NCBI GenBank assembly: GCA_018645865.1
Contig: JABGVU010000099.1
Span: 5,291 to 69,290, forward strand
DNA length: 64,000 nucleotides
Source of the DNA: Flavobacteriales bacterium
GTDB taxonomy: Bacteria > Bacteroidota > Bacteroidia > Flavobacteriales > BACL11
Direction of reading: 5' to 3'
Shown: positions 41,499-50,937 of the stretch, piece after piece
Position numbering within the stretch: the first letter of the stretch is position 1
Layout: every line of letters starts with the position of its first letter
Translations under genes and position numbers: made by a program
Notes under the pieces: generated by a model
Seen by the model: the letters and a program-made list of their open reading frames with translations, nothing else
The model's database searches: none
Told to the model about the DNA's origin: nothing

Positions 41499-42791
41499 AT
41501 GTCTATCAAAAGCATATTTTCATTAAAGTCTGTTACAGATTTTCTTTATATGTTTTTCTCAACCCTAGTTAAAAAAAGCCTTGGTTTTTTAAGGGAAATT
41601 ATACTAGCATTCTTTTTTGGTTCTTCAATTATATATGCAAATTATTTACTTCTTAAAACTGTTACTGATTTTTTCTCACAATTTACATTAGGCAATGCTT
41701 TACAAGCAAATCTTATGCCAAAATTTGCAAAATTGTATAGAAGAGAAGTCTCAGTAGACCTCTCAAATGTATTTGATTTCTCAAAATATTTCTCATTTAA
41801 ATTATTTCTGTTAAGTCAAATTATTCAAATCCCTTTAATGTTTTATATTAATCCTAAAGAAATAGGGTTATATCTTGTGTTATCAGTTTTATTAGGTGTT
41901 GTGATGAGTGTCAATTTCTTTAATTCAATCTTTTTAACCATTCTACAGGCAAAAGGGAGATTTAAACAGCACTCAGTTGCTACAACGTTTAATCTTTCTA
42001 TTTCAACTTTGTTACTTTATCCTTTTATATTACTTTTTAAGATTATACATGAGGCATTTGGTATTATAGGTGTTGTTTTAAGCAGATTAAGTGGAGTAAT
42101 AGCCTTGGCCTTAATTTATGTAAAACCGTTACTTGCTGAGAAAGGAGATGTTCGAGCAAGTTTATCGCTTAGTGATTTTAATTTCTCAATAATGATATTA
42201 GGGAATTTCGCAAATATTATCATGCTTTTGAGCAGATTTGTTGCGGGTGCTGATGGAAGTGAGAATATTGCATTCTACACTTACGCAATAGTATTCTTAA
42301 ATATTTTTCTTACAGCTGTTGTAATGAATATTAATACCTTGGTTATAAAAATAATTTCTGTCAAAAGAGATTATAAAATAATTTTACTCTCTGCATTAAT
42401 TTCTACCATTATAGGAGGGGTGTTTATTCTTGTTATTTCTTTGTTTAGTATTGAGATTATCTCTTTTACTTTTGAAAGAGGTGCTTTTACAGCTAGCGAT
42501 ACATTAATAACATCTAGCTATATAAAAGATATAAGTTGGAGTTTTATCTTTATATTTATTTCCTCAGCATTATTTCAACCGTATTTCACTTTACCTCAAT
42601 CTTATATTAAGAGAACAAGTAAATATTTAGCTAAACCATTTATTATTTCTGTTTTATTGCTACTGGGTTATTTTTATCTAAATAATCAGGGAGTAAGGCT
42701 TAATTCACTAGTTATGATTTATGTCCTTGCTTTTATTTCCTTTCTAATATCGATAATTGCTTTTATAAAATATTATAGATATGAAAATTAA
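41499..42791 (+). CDS. MurJ/MviN-like (MOP) flippase
   Basis: LGFLREIILAFFFG N-terminus, FERGAFTASDT motif, multi-TM. Confidence 0.8.
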   Translation: MSIKSIFSLKSVTDFLYMFFSTLVKKSLGFLREIILAFFFGSSIIYANYLLLKTVTDFFSQFTLGNALQANLMPKFAKLYRREVSVDLSNVFDFSKYFSFKLFLLSQIIQIPLMFYINPKEIGLYLVLSVLLGVVMSVNFFNSIFLTILQAKGRFKQHSVATTFNLSISTLLLYPFILLFKIIHEAFGIIGVVLSRLSGVIALALIYVKPLLAEKGDVRASLSLSDFNFSIMILGNFANIIMLLSRFVAGADGSENIAFYTYAIVFLNIFLTAVVMNINTLVIKIISVKRDYKIILLSALISTIIGGVFILVISLFSIEIISFTFERGAFTASDTLITSSYIKDISWSFIFIFISSALFQPYFTLPQSYIKRTSKYLAKPFIISVLLLLGYFYLNNQGVRLNSLVMIYVLAFISFLISIIAFIKYYRYEN

Positions 42792-43968
42792 AAATATTTT
42801 TTCATGGATATATATATTGTTAGCTTGTGCAATGTTGGCAATAGGAAGGTTGTACGATGAAAGATTAGAGTTTCTTGGAATAAATCTATCGATAATTTTA
42901 AGTGTCTCTTTTTTACTGGTATCTATTCCTTTGCTTTTGTCAATTAAAAGAGTTAAACATTTTAATACCAAACGGTTATTCTATTATTTTTTGTCGATAA
43001 TAATAATCTTTCCACCAGTTTTATGCTTGTATTTTGATTATGATGATTTTGGATTTGAGAAATATTTTAATTTTATATTCATTGTTATTCCTCTTGTTAT
43101 TATTGTTATTGAAACATTTAAATATAATGATGTAAGAGTTTTTTTTAAGATTCTTTTAGGCTTTATTATTGCACTTTCTTTAATTGGTTTATTTGTTGTT
43201 TCAACTTCTTCTGATAGATTAAGCGTGTTAGGAGGTGGCCCAATTGTATTTGCTAGATGGATGAATATTGGGCTGATTATTTTATTTTTCATAAAGCCAA
43301 GCAGAATAAATAAGAAGAATATATTACTTATGTTATTTCTCTTAGTTCTTTCATTAGCAGCTGGTAGTAAAGGGCCTGTTTTATCTTTAGTAATTACCTT
43401 GGTAGTTTTTTTCTTTCTTAATTTCCAGAAGATATTTCTGCGAGTATTATTTTTTTCCTGTCTAATTGGATCGATTGTCTTCTTTTCAGGTATTAATACA
43501 TCAATATTAGGTATTGGTAAAACGGAAAGATTAGTAACAAAAGGTAATACATCTATAGATGCAAGGATGGTATTTGTTTCTCGCTCTGTTGATTTAATAT
43601 TACATTATCCGTTAGGTGTTGGACTAGGTAATTGGCAGGTTTATGCAAACAAAATAAAACCAACTCATTTATTAAAACATCAATATCCTCATAATTTAGT
43701 TTTAGAGATTTTTGCAGAATTAGGAATTATTTCAGGGATTCTATTTTTAATTCTACTTCTAAAAATCTTGTTTTATAATTATAAAAAGATGTATTTGAAT
43801 AAAAACAATGAACACTCCTTTTATCCTCTATTATTTTACTTGCAATTGTATTTAATGAGTAATTCATTTTTTAGTGGAAGTTTAAATGATTCTAGATTAC
43901 TTTTTGTAGTTATGGCTATGAGTTTAATTGAAACTTCATTGATATTAAAAGTAAAAAAGAATGTCTAA
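42781..43968 (+). CDS. O-antigen ligase/polymerase (Wzy_C family)
   Basis: Multi-TM; AGSKGP, PLGVGLGNW, YPHNLVLEIFAELGIISG. Confidence 0.85.
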   Translation: MKIKNIFSWIYILLACAMLAIGRLYDERLEFLGINLSIILSVSFLLVSIPLLLSIKRVKHFNTKRLFYYFLSIIIIFPPVLCLYFDYDDFGFEKYFNFIFIVIPLVIIVIETFKYNDVRVFFKILLGFIIALSLIGLFVVSTSSDRLSVLGGGPIVFARWMNIGLIILFFIKPSRINKKNILLMLFLLVLSLAAGSKGPVLSLVITLVVFFFLNFQKIFLRVLFFSCLIGSIVFFSGINTSILGIGKTERLVTKGNTSIDARMVFVSRSVDLILHYPLGVGLGNWQVYANKIKPTHLLKHQYPHNLVLEIFAELGIISGILFLILLLKILFYNYKKMYLNKNNEHSFYPLLFYLQLYLMSNSFFSGSLNDSRLLFVVMAMSLIETSLILKVKKNV

Positions 43969-44773
43969 TCAATGGAGAAAATATCAAGGAGTATTAGTTT
44001 CTGCAAAAGCGCCACATCAGGAGATTTTCACGCAGGGCCTTAATTCAGAAATAAAAAAGAATAATGCTTTTTTTGCAAGATGGATAACCAATTTTGATTG
44101 TAAAAAAGAATTAGATTTTTGGTATTTGATTCAAGATAAAAAGATGGAGATAAATGATTATAGTTCTAACACTAGAAATCAGATTAGAAAAGGTTTAAAA
44201 AATTTTGAGATTAGAAAGATAACTCTTGATAAAATGATTGAGAGTGCATACGTCATTTATAAAACAGTATTCCAGTTATATAATACTGCAAATAAGATTA
44301 AAAGTTTACAAGAATTTAATGATGATTTACTTCCCGCTTTTGATTATTGGGGAGTTTATAGAAACAATATGTTAGTAGGTTTTGCTCAAAATAGAGTGTT
44401 TGATGATTGTTGCGATTATTCAACTATTAAGATCTTACCAATTTATGCTAAGGAATATCCTTTTTACGCTTTATTTTATACTATGAATAATTATTATTTA
44501 GCAGAGCAGAAATTAAGATATGTAACTGATGGAACAAAAAGTATTTCTCATCAAACAAATATTCAGGAGTTCTTAGTCAAAAAATTTAAATTTAGAAAAG
44601 CTTATTGTTATTTGCATATTAAATATAACCCTTTTTTTGGTTTAATGGTAAGTTGTTTATTTCCTTTTCGAAAAATATTGTCAGTTTTTCATTTTTCTTT
44701 TATTAGAAACATAAATTCAATATTGTTGCAAGAGAAAATTAGAAGAAATTGTCAAAAAGAATTATTATGTTAA
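43961..44773 (+). CDS. Hypothetical glycan-locus protein, GNAT/FemAB-like
   Basis: YSSNTRNQIRKG (FemAB-like), YVTDGTKSISHQTNIQEFL...FKFRK; soluble; fold call is inference. Confidence 0.55.
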   Translation: MSNQWRKYQGVLVSAKAPHQEIFTQGLNSEIKKNNAFFARWITNFDCKKELDFWYLIQDKKMEINDYSSNTRNQIRKGLKNFEIRKITLDKMIESAYVIYKTVFQLYNTANKIKSLQEFNDDLLPAFDYWGVYRNNMLVGFAQNRVFDDCCDYSTIKILPIYAKEYPFYALFYTMNNYYLAEQKLRYVTDGTKSISHQTNIQEFLVKKFKFRKAYCYLHIKYNPFFGLMVSCLFPFRKILSVFHFSFIRNINSILLQEKIRRNCQKELLC

Positions 44774-45555
44774 TAATCTGTAATGGTACTTTTAAATCTG
44801 GTTCTTCGTGGTTGCACGCAATTTTGTTAGAGATATTTAAAATTAAAAATATCCAAATTGATAGTATTCCTATAAAGTATAATCCAAATATTAAATCTCC
44901 AACTAGAATTTTAGAAGATAATCTTTCTAATTTTTTAAAAAATGAAGATTTTAAAAAGTTTAATTACATTACTAAAGCTCATTATTTTAGTAATAAAATA
45001 ATGCTTGAAAAATACTCAGATGATGTTAGATTTATATTTATAAATAGAGATGTCAAAGACGCAATAGTATCTCATTTTCATCATTTCAATAATTACAGAA
45101 AAAAAGATTTAAGTTTTAATATTTATTTTAAATTTATTGGTGTATTTAAAGCTTATGAAATAAGCTTGTTTAATTCTAGGTGTAAGAAAAATTTTGATTC
45201 AAGTTTGTTTTTTTCTTTTGAAATGTTAAAATCTGATTTCATCGATTCAATAAAGAAATTATGTTTGATTATAGGTGTTTCTGAAATTTCTATATCTGAA
45301 ATTTTGAAGATTAAAGAAAATACTTCATTAAGTAAATTGAAAACTATAGCATTAGAGGGGGGAAATAATTATTATCCGGAGTTAGGTAGTGGTAGTCATA
45401 AATTATTTAGAAAAGGCAATGTAGGAGATTGGAAAAAATATTTTATAGATAATGACTTAAAATTAATAAATAGAGTTATTCAGTTAGCCCCACCAGTGTA
45501 TGTTAAAATTGGATATTTTTTTATGTTTACTTTGAGAAGAAAATTTGGTTTATAA
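44767..45555 (+). CDS. PAPS-dependent sulfotransferase
   Basis: 5'-PSB loop GTFKSGSSW, 3'-PB RDVKDAIVS, C-terminal FRKGNVGDWK. Confidence 0.88.
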   Translation: MLIICNGTFKSGSSWLHAILLEIFKIKNIQIDSIPIKYNPNIKSPTRILEDNLSNFLKNEDFKKFNYITKAHYFSNKIMLEKYSDDVRFIFINRDVKDAIVSHFHHFNNYRKKDLSFNIYFKFIGVFKAYEISLFNSRCKKNFDSSLFFSFEMLKSDFIDSIKKLCLIIGVSEISISEILKIKENTSLSKLKTIALEGGNNYYPELGSGSHKLFRKGNVGDWKKYFIDNDLKLINRVIQLAPPVYVKIGYFFMFTLRRKFGL

Positions 45556-46304
45556 TGAATGATTTGATTTCCATAATAACACCTTATTATAATTCCTCAA
45601 AGTTCATTGAAGAGTGTGTTAATTCTGTTTTACTACAATCTTATTCTAACTGGGAATTATTAATAGTTGATGATTGTTCAAATGATAACTCTAAAGAATT
45701 GCTTCTTAATCTAGAAAAAAAGGATGAGCGAATTAAAATAACATTCTTGGATAATAATATTGGAGCTGCAAATGCTAGAAATATTGCGATTCAAAATGCT
45801 ACAGGAAAGTACATTGCATTCTTGGATTCAGACGATTTATGGGAGTCACAGAAATTAGATAAACAAATCTCATTTATGGTGCAAAATGACATTGCATTTT
45901 CATATACATCATACCAATCTATTTCAGAAGATAGATCAGATATTATAGATGTTATTAACGCTCCTGATAAGATGACTTATCATGATTATCTTAAAAACAC
46001 AATTATTGGTTGTTTAACGGTTGTTATTGATAGAGAAAAGATTGGGGATTTTGAAATGCCAAACATTAGTTCATCTCATGATATGGCTTTATGGTTGCTA
46101 ATAATGAAAAGAGGGTTTGATGCATATGGATTAAATGAAAATCTGGCAAAATATAGGATTGTTTCAACTTCTAATACTGCTAATAAATGGCGTGCAGCAA
46201 AGGATGTTTGGAAAGTCTATCGTCAATTTGAAAAGCTATCTTTTTTATATAGTGTTTGGTGCTTTTTAAATTATGCTTTTAATGCAATTATAAAACGAAT
46301 CTAA
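45555..46304 (+). CDS. Glycosyltransferase family 2 (TuaG-like)
   Basis: ISIITPYYN, IVDDCS, ARNIAI, FLDSDDLW, HDMALWL. Confidence 0.92.
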   Translation: MNDLISIITPYYNSSKFIEECVNSVLLQSYSNWELLIVDDCSNDNSKELLLNLEKKDERIKITFLDNNIGAANARNIAIQNATGKYIAFLDSDDLWESQKLDKQISFMVQNDIAFSYTSYQSISEDRSDIIDVINAPDKMTYHDYLKNTIIGCLTVVIDREKIGDFEMPNISSSHDMALWLLIMKRGFDAYGLNENLAKYRIVSTSNTANKWRAAKDVWKVYRQFEKLSFLYSVWCFLNYAFNAIIKRI

Positions 46305-46888
46305 TGAAAAGATTATTTGATTTTAGCACATCATTAATTGGATTAATAGTTTTATTTCCTATTTTTATTATTGTATCTGTTTTGATTAAGATATATTCTG
46401 AAGGTCCTGTTTTTTTTGTTCAGAAAAGAATTGGGAGGAATGGTAAAATATTTCAAATGATAAAATTTAGATCTATGACTGTAATTCAAAGTTCTAATAG
46501 TACTATTTCTGTTAAAGGTGATATCAGAATTACAAAAATAGGTGCTTTTTTAAGAAAGTTCAAATTGGATGAACTTCCTGAGTTATGGAATGTATTAAAA
46601 GGTGATATGAGTCTTGTTGGACCTAGGCCTGATGTTTGTGGTTATGCAGATAATTTAATAGGAGAAGATAGAAAAATACTTGAGTTACGTCCTGGTATTA
46701 CTGGAGTTGCTAGTTTAAAATATTATGATGAAGAAAAAGTTTTAGCGACACAGGATAATCCACTTAAATTTAATGATGAAGTAATTTATCCTGATAAAGT
46801 AAGATTAAATCTTGATTATTACTATAATAATAACCTTTGGATTGACATTAAAATTATATTTGCCACTATATTTAGAGTGAATTATTGA
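46304..46888 (+). CDS. Small phosphoglycosyl transferase (bacterial sugar transferase, PglC/WbaP C-terminal type)
   Basis: KRLFD, KFRSM, KLDELPELWNVLKGDMSLVGPRP, RPGITG. Confidence 0.92.
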   Translation: MKRLFDFSTSLIGLIVLFPIFIIVSVLIKIYSEGPVFFVQKRIGRNGKIFQMIKFRSMTVIQSSNSTISVKGDIRITKIGAFLRKFKLDELPELWNVLKGDMSLVGPRPDVCGYADNLIGEDRKILELRPGITGVASLKYYDEEKVLATQDNPLKFNDEVIYPDKVRLNLDYYYNNNLWIDIKIIFATIFRVNY

Positions 46889-46889
46889 T

Positions 46890-48023
46890 TTGACTAATAA
46901 GAAGAAAATATGGTTGTCCTCTCCTCATATGGGGGGTAATGAGCTGAAGCATGTGCAAAATGCTTTTGAAGCAAATTGGATCGCTCCAGTTGGTCCTCAT
47001 ATTTCTAATTTTGAAAAAAAACTATCGACTCTTTCTAATGGTTTTGAGGTGGCTGCACTGAGTAGTGGTACGGCTTCCTTGCATTTAGCATTAATTTTAT
47101 TAGGTGTAAAAAAAAGAGATAGAGTATTATGTTCCTCATTTACTTTTTCAGCATCAGCAAACCCAATTGCATATGTAGGAGCAAATCCTGTCTTTATTGA
47201 TAGTGATATTGATAGTTGGAACATGTGTCCAATTTTATTAGAAAAAGCAATTGAGGATTGTATTTTGGATAATGAAAAGCCAAAAGCTATAATGTTAGTT
47301 CATCTTTTTGGGATGCCTGCTAAAATGGATGAAATAATGAAAATTGCTAATAAGTATGATATTCCTGTTATTGAAGATGCTGCTGAGGCTCTTGGATCAA
47401 CTTTTAAAAATAAACCACTAGGTACCTTCGGATCATTTGGTGTTTATTCATTTAATGGCAATAAAATTATCACAACTTCCTGCGGTGGGGCTTTAATTTG
47501 TAAAGATAAATATTTGGTTGAAAAAGCAAAATTCTTAGCCAGTCAGGCTCGTGATAATAAACCTCATTATGAACATTCTGAAATAGGCTATAATTATAGA
47601 ATGAGTAATGTTTGTGCCGCTATAGGTCTTGGGCAATTAGAGGTTTTAGAAGAAAGAATATTACAAAAGAGAGCAATTAAATTATTTTATAAAGATCAAT
47701 TGTCTTCTATTAAAGAAATTAGTTTTTTGAATGAAAATGAGGATAGTTATTCTAATTTCTGGCTGACCACTATTCTTTTGTCAGAAAATTCAACAATAGA
47801 TAGAGAACAATTGCGTTTACATCTGGAAAAAAATAATATTGAAAGTAGACCGCTTTGGAAGCCAATGCATTTACAGCCTGTTTTTAAAGAATGTAAATCT
47901 TATGTGAATGGTGTTTCGGAAGATTTATTTAATAGAGGATTGTGCTTACCTTCAGGAACCAATATCTCAGTAGCAGATTTGAAAAGAGTTGTGAGTAAAA
48001 TAAAAGAATTATATGAAGCTTAG
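46890..48023 (+). CDS. DegT/DnrJ/EryC1/StrS aminotransferase (PglE/EpsN-like)
   Basis: IWLSSPHM, EDAAEALG, SFNGNKIITT (PLP Lys), GYNYRMSN, RPLWKPMHLQP; TTG start. Confidence 0.92.
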   Translation: MTNKKKIWLSSPHMGGNELKHVQNAFEANWIAPVGPHISNFEKKLSTLSNGFEVAALSSGTASLHLALILLGVKKRDRVLCSSFTFSASANPIAYVGANPVFIDSDIDSWNMCPILLEKAIEDCILDNEKPKAIMLVHLFGMPAKMDEIMKIANKYDIPVIEDAAEALGSTFKNKPLGTFGSFGVYSFNGNKIITTSCGGALICKDKYLVEKAKFLASQARDNKPHYEHSEIGYNYRMSNVCAAIGLGQLEVLEERILQKRAIKLFYKDQLSSIKEISFLNENEDSYSNFWLTTILLSENSTIDREQLRLHLEKNNIESRPLWKPMHLQPVFKECKSYVNGVSEDLFNRGLCLPSGTNISVADLKRVVSKIKELYEA

Positions 48024-49881
48024 ATTACAAAAATTAACGAGAATTTACAAGCAACTTGTTATGTTGTTGGTAGATGTTAGTGCTCTGCTATTTGGATTGT
48101 GGCTATCTTTTGTTTTACGATTAGGAGAACCATGGCCAGTGGATTATTTTTATGAATCATGGTGGATATTTATTTTAATTCCTTTAATCATGACTTCATT
48201 ATTTATTAAACTAGGTCTTTATAGGTCAGTATTACAATATATTGGCATAAAAGTAATCACTACTACTTTTCAAGCAACTACAATAGCCTTACTAATAGTT
48301 GTATTTTTTATATGGTTTTTTAGATTATCAGAAAAAGCAGAATTCTCACTCCCAATGTCGGTTCTTCCTATTTTCTGGTTTATAGTAAATATTTGTGTAA
48401 TTAGTACTAGGTTTCTACTTAAAGGTTATTTATATTCATGGGATAGCTTTGTGAATGCTAGAAAGCAAACAATAATTTATGGTGCTGGTAATGCTGGTAT
48501 ACAAATAGTAGAGAATTTAAAGAAAAGTACTATTTATGCACCAATTGCATTTATTGATGATGATAAATCAAGGCAAGGTACTATTTTAAATTCTTTGGAG
48601 GTTTTCGCTTTTGATAAAATTGAAAAATTAATAAAAATTAAGAAGGCAAAGGTTTTATTATTTGCTATGCCTTCAGCAACACATAAACAAAGGATTCAAA
48701 TACTTAAGAAGCTTACAAAATTCCCTATTGAAGTTAGAGTATTACCTTCAATAGATAATATAGTAAATGGTGTGGTTTCAATTGATAGCATTAAACATGT
48801 TGAGGTTTCTGATATTTTAGGTAGAAGTCCTGTTGCACCTAAAAAAAAGTTACTTGAAAGGAATATAACAGGAAAAAATCTTTTAATTACAGGAGCTGGT
48901 GGTAGTATTGGATCTGAATTGTCAAGACAAATTATTAACCTTTCTCCTGATAAGATTATATTACTTGATAACTCTGAATTTAATTTGTATAGGATTCATC
49001 AGGAGTTATCATTAATGTTAAAAAGTGTTAAAATTAAACCATCTTTATGTACTGTAACTAATTATCATCAGCTTAAAAAAATAATTAAGGAACATAATAT
49101 CAATACAATTTTTCATGCTGCGGCCTATAAGCATGTCCCTATGGTTGAGATGAATATTATTTCTGGGGTTTATAATAATATTATTGGAACTTATAATGTG
49201 GCTAGAGTTGCTGATGAATTAAAGGTAGATAATATGGTGTTGGTTTCTACTGATAAGGCTGTTCGCCCTACTAATGTAATGGGAGCTTCAAAGCGTTTTT
49301 CTGAACTTATTTTACAGGCTTTTTCTGTTAAAAGTAGTACTTGTTTCTCAATGGTAAGGTTTGGAAATGTGTTGGATTCTGCAGGTTCAGTTGTTCCACT
49401 ATTTCGAGAACAAATTAAGAGAGGAGGTCCGGTAACTGTAACTCACCGAAATATTTCTCGTTATTTTATGACAATTACTGAGGCTGTACAATTGGTTTTG
49501 CAAGCTGGTGCAATGGCGAAAGGGGGAGATGTTTTTGTTTTGGATATGGGTGAGCCCATTAAGATTATTGACTTGGCTTATAAAATGATACATTTAAGTG
49601 GATTAACTCCAGTTGATAACGAAAATCCTGATGGAGATATAAATATTGATTTTACAGGTTTACGCCCTGGAGAAAAATTATTTGAAGAACTACTGATTGG
49701 GAATGATGTCAGCCAATCAGAACATCCTAGAATTATGCAAGCAAAAGAATCTAAATTACGACTTGAAGAAGTGATTTCTTGTGTTGAAACAATCAAATTA
49801 GCTAGAGAAAACCAAGATGAAATAATTGTTAAGGAATTACTGTTGAAATATGTTGATGGTTATATTTCTGAATTGCTATAA
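48013..49881 (+). CDS. Membrane-bound UDP-GlcNAc 4,6-dehydratase (CapD/PglF/WbpM family)
   Basis: N-terminal TM block, TGAGGSIGSEL, HAAAYKHVP, STDKAVRP, VRFGNVL, GLRPGEKL. Confidence 0.93.
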   Translation: MKLRLQKLTRIYKQLVMLLVDVSALLFGLWLSFVLRLGEPWPVDYFYESWWIFILIPLIMTSLFIKLGLYRSVLQYIGIKVITTTFQATTIALLIVVFFIWFFRLSEKAEFSLPMSVLPIFWFIVNICVISTRFLLKGYLYSWDSFVNARKQTIIYGAGNAGIQIVENLKKSTIYAPIAFIDDDKSRQGTILNSLEVFAFDKIEKLIKIKKAKVLLFAMPSATHKQRIQILKKLTKFPIEVRVLPSIDNIVNGVVSIDSIKHVEVSDILGRSPVAPKKKLLERNITGKNLLITGAGGSIGSELSRQIINLSPDKIILLDNSEFNLYRIHQELSLMLKSVKIKPSLCTVTNYHQLKKIIKEHNINTIFHAAAYKHVPMVEMNIISGVYNNIIGTYNVARVADELKVDNMVLVSTDKAVRPTNVMGASKRFSELILQAFSVKSSTCFSMVRFGNVLDSAGSVVPLFREQIKRGGPVTVTHRNISRYFMTITEAVQLVLQAGAMAKGGDVFVLDMGEPIKIIDLAYKMIHLSGLTPVDNENPDGDINIDFTGLRPGEKLFEELLIGNDVSQSEHPRIMQAKESKLRLEEVISCVETIKLARENQDEIIVKELLLKYVDGYISELL

Positions 49882-49900
49882 TAGTTGCTAAATTCGCATC

Positions 49901-50869
49901 ATGAATATTATAGTGCTTGGAGGGGGAGCCTTTGGGACCGCAATAGCAAATGAGCTTTCAGTAAATACAGAAAACAATGTAGTGTTGTTTTCCAGAAGTC
50001 AGCAAAAAGTTGATGAAATTAATAATTGTAATACAAACAAATCCTGCTTTCCAAATAAACATTTAACTAAGCTTCTCTCTGCTACATCAGATAGAAATCA
50101 GCTAAAAAATACAGATGTTATTTTGATTGCATTACCATCACCTGTTATTATTGAAAATTTAAATGCTCTTAAATCGTATTTTAATGAAGAGGCTTTATTT
50201 GTGAATTTATCAAAAGGCTTGTTTTCTGAAGGTGTAACTGTGGTTGAGAGTATTGAGAAGAGGCTAGGAATCAAGAACATTGTAACTCTTAAAGGACCTT
50301 CATTCTCTGTTGAAGTAATGGAACATGCCGATACTTTATTAACTTTAGGTTACTCTACTAGTAAGCAATATGGAATTATTAATACCATAATTAAAAATAC
50401 TTCTCTCCATATTGATTGCACTACTGATATTAAAGGTGTTGAGGTGCTTAGCGTATTAAAAAATATTTACGCTTTGGTTTTGGGTGTTATTGACGCAAAA
50501 TACAATTCACCAAATACTCGTTTTATGATTTTAACTAAAGCTTTTTCTGAAGCTAGAATTTTATTAAAATATGTTGGAGGATCAGAAGATACTTTATTTT
50601 TAGCGTGTGGATTTGGAGATTTCTGCATGACTTCATTAAATGATTTAAGTAGAAATAGAACTTTAGGTTTATTGATTGGAAAAGGGTTTTTTAATTCTGA
50701 TTATAAATCTAATTCAGTGATATTAGAAGGGTTGAATGCTATAGAGATGTTTCATAATTTGATAGAAGAAGATATGTTAAAAGAATTACCGCTTTTAAAT
50801 AAATTGTATAATTTCTTTGCAAACCAACAAAGAGAATTGGAATTTAAGTTTGATGAGTTAGTTGATTAA
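49901..50869 (+). CDS. NAD(P)H-dependent glycerol-3-phosphate dehydrogenase family protein
   Basis: GGGAFGTAIA, LSKGL, GPSFSVEV, LKNIYA, GFGDFCMTS, SRNRTLG, LEG. Confidence 0.85.
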   Translation: MNIIVLGGGAFGTAIANELSVNTENNVVLFSRSQQKVDEINNCNTNKSCFPNKHLTKLLSATSDRNQLKNTDVILIALPSPVIIENLNALKSYFNEEALFVNLSKGLFSEGVTVVESIEKRLGIKNIVTLKGPSFSVEVMEHADTLLTLGYSTSKQYGIINTIIKNTSLHIDCTTDIKGVEVLSVLKNIYALVLGVIDAKYNSPNTRFMILTKAFSEARILLKYVGGSEDTLFLACGFGDFCMTSLNDLSRNRTLGLLIGKGFFNSDYKSNSVILEGLNAIEMFHNLIEEDMLKELPLLNKLYNFFANQQRELEFKFDELVD

Positions 50870-50870
50870 G

Positions 50871-50915
50871 ATGATACATGTAACTAAAACATATTTACCT
50901 GATAAAGAAAAATAA
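50871..50915 (+). pseudogene. N-terminal stub of a VioA-type DegT aminotransferase (MIHVTKTYLPDKEK*)
   Basis: 14-residue ORF 1 nt after the gpsA-like stop; resembles the MIxVTK(T/P)xLP N-terminus of VioA-type transaminases as I recall them. Confidence 0.65.
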
Positions 50916-50937
50916 ATAATTTGCTGAAACTTTATAT

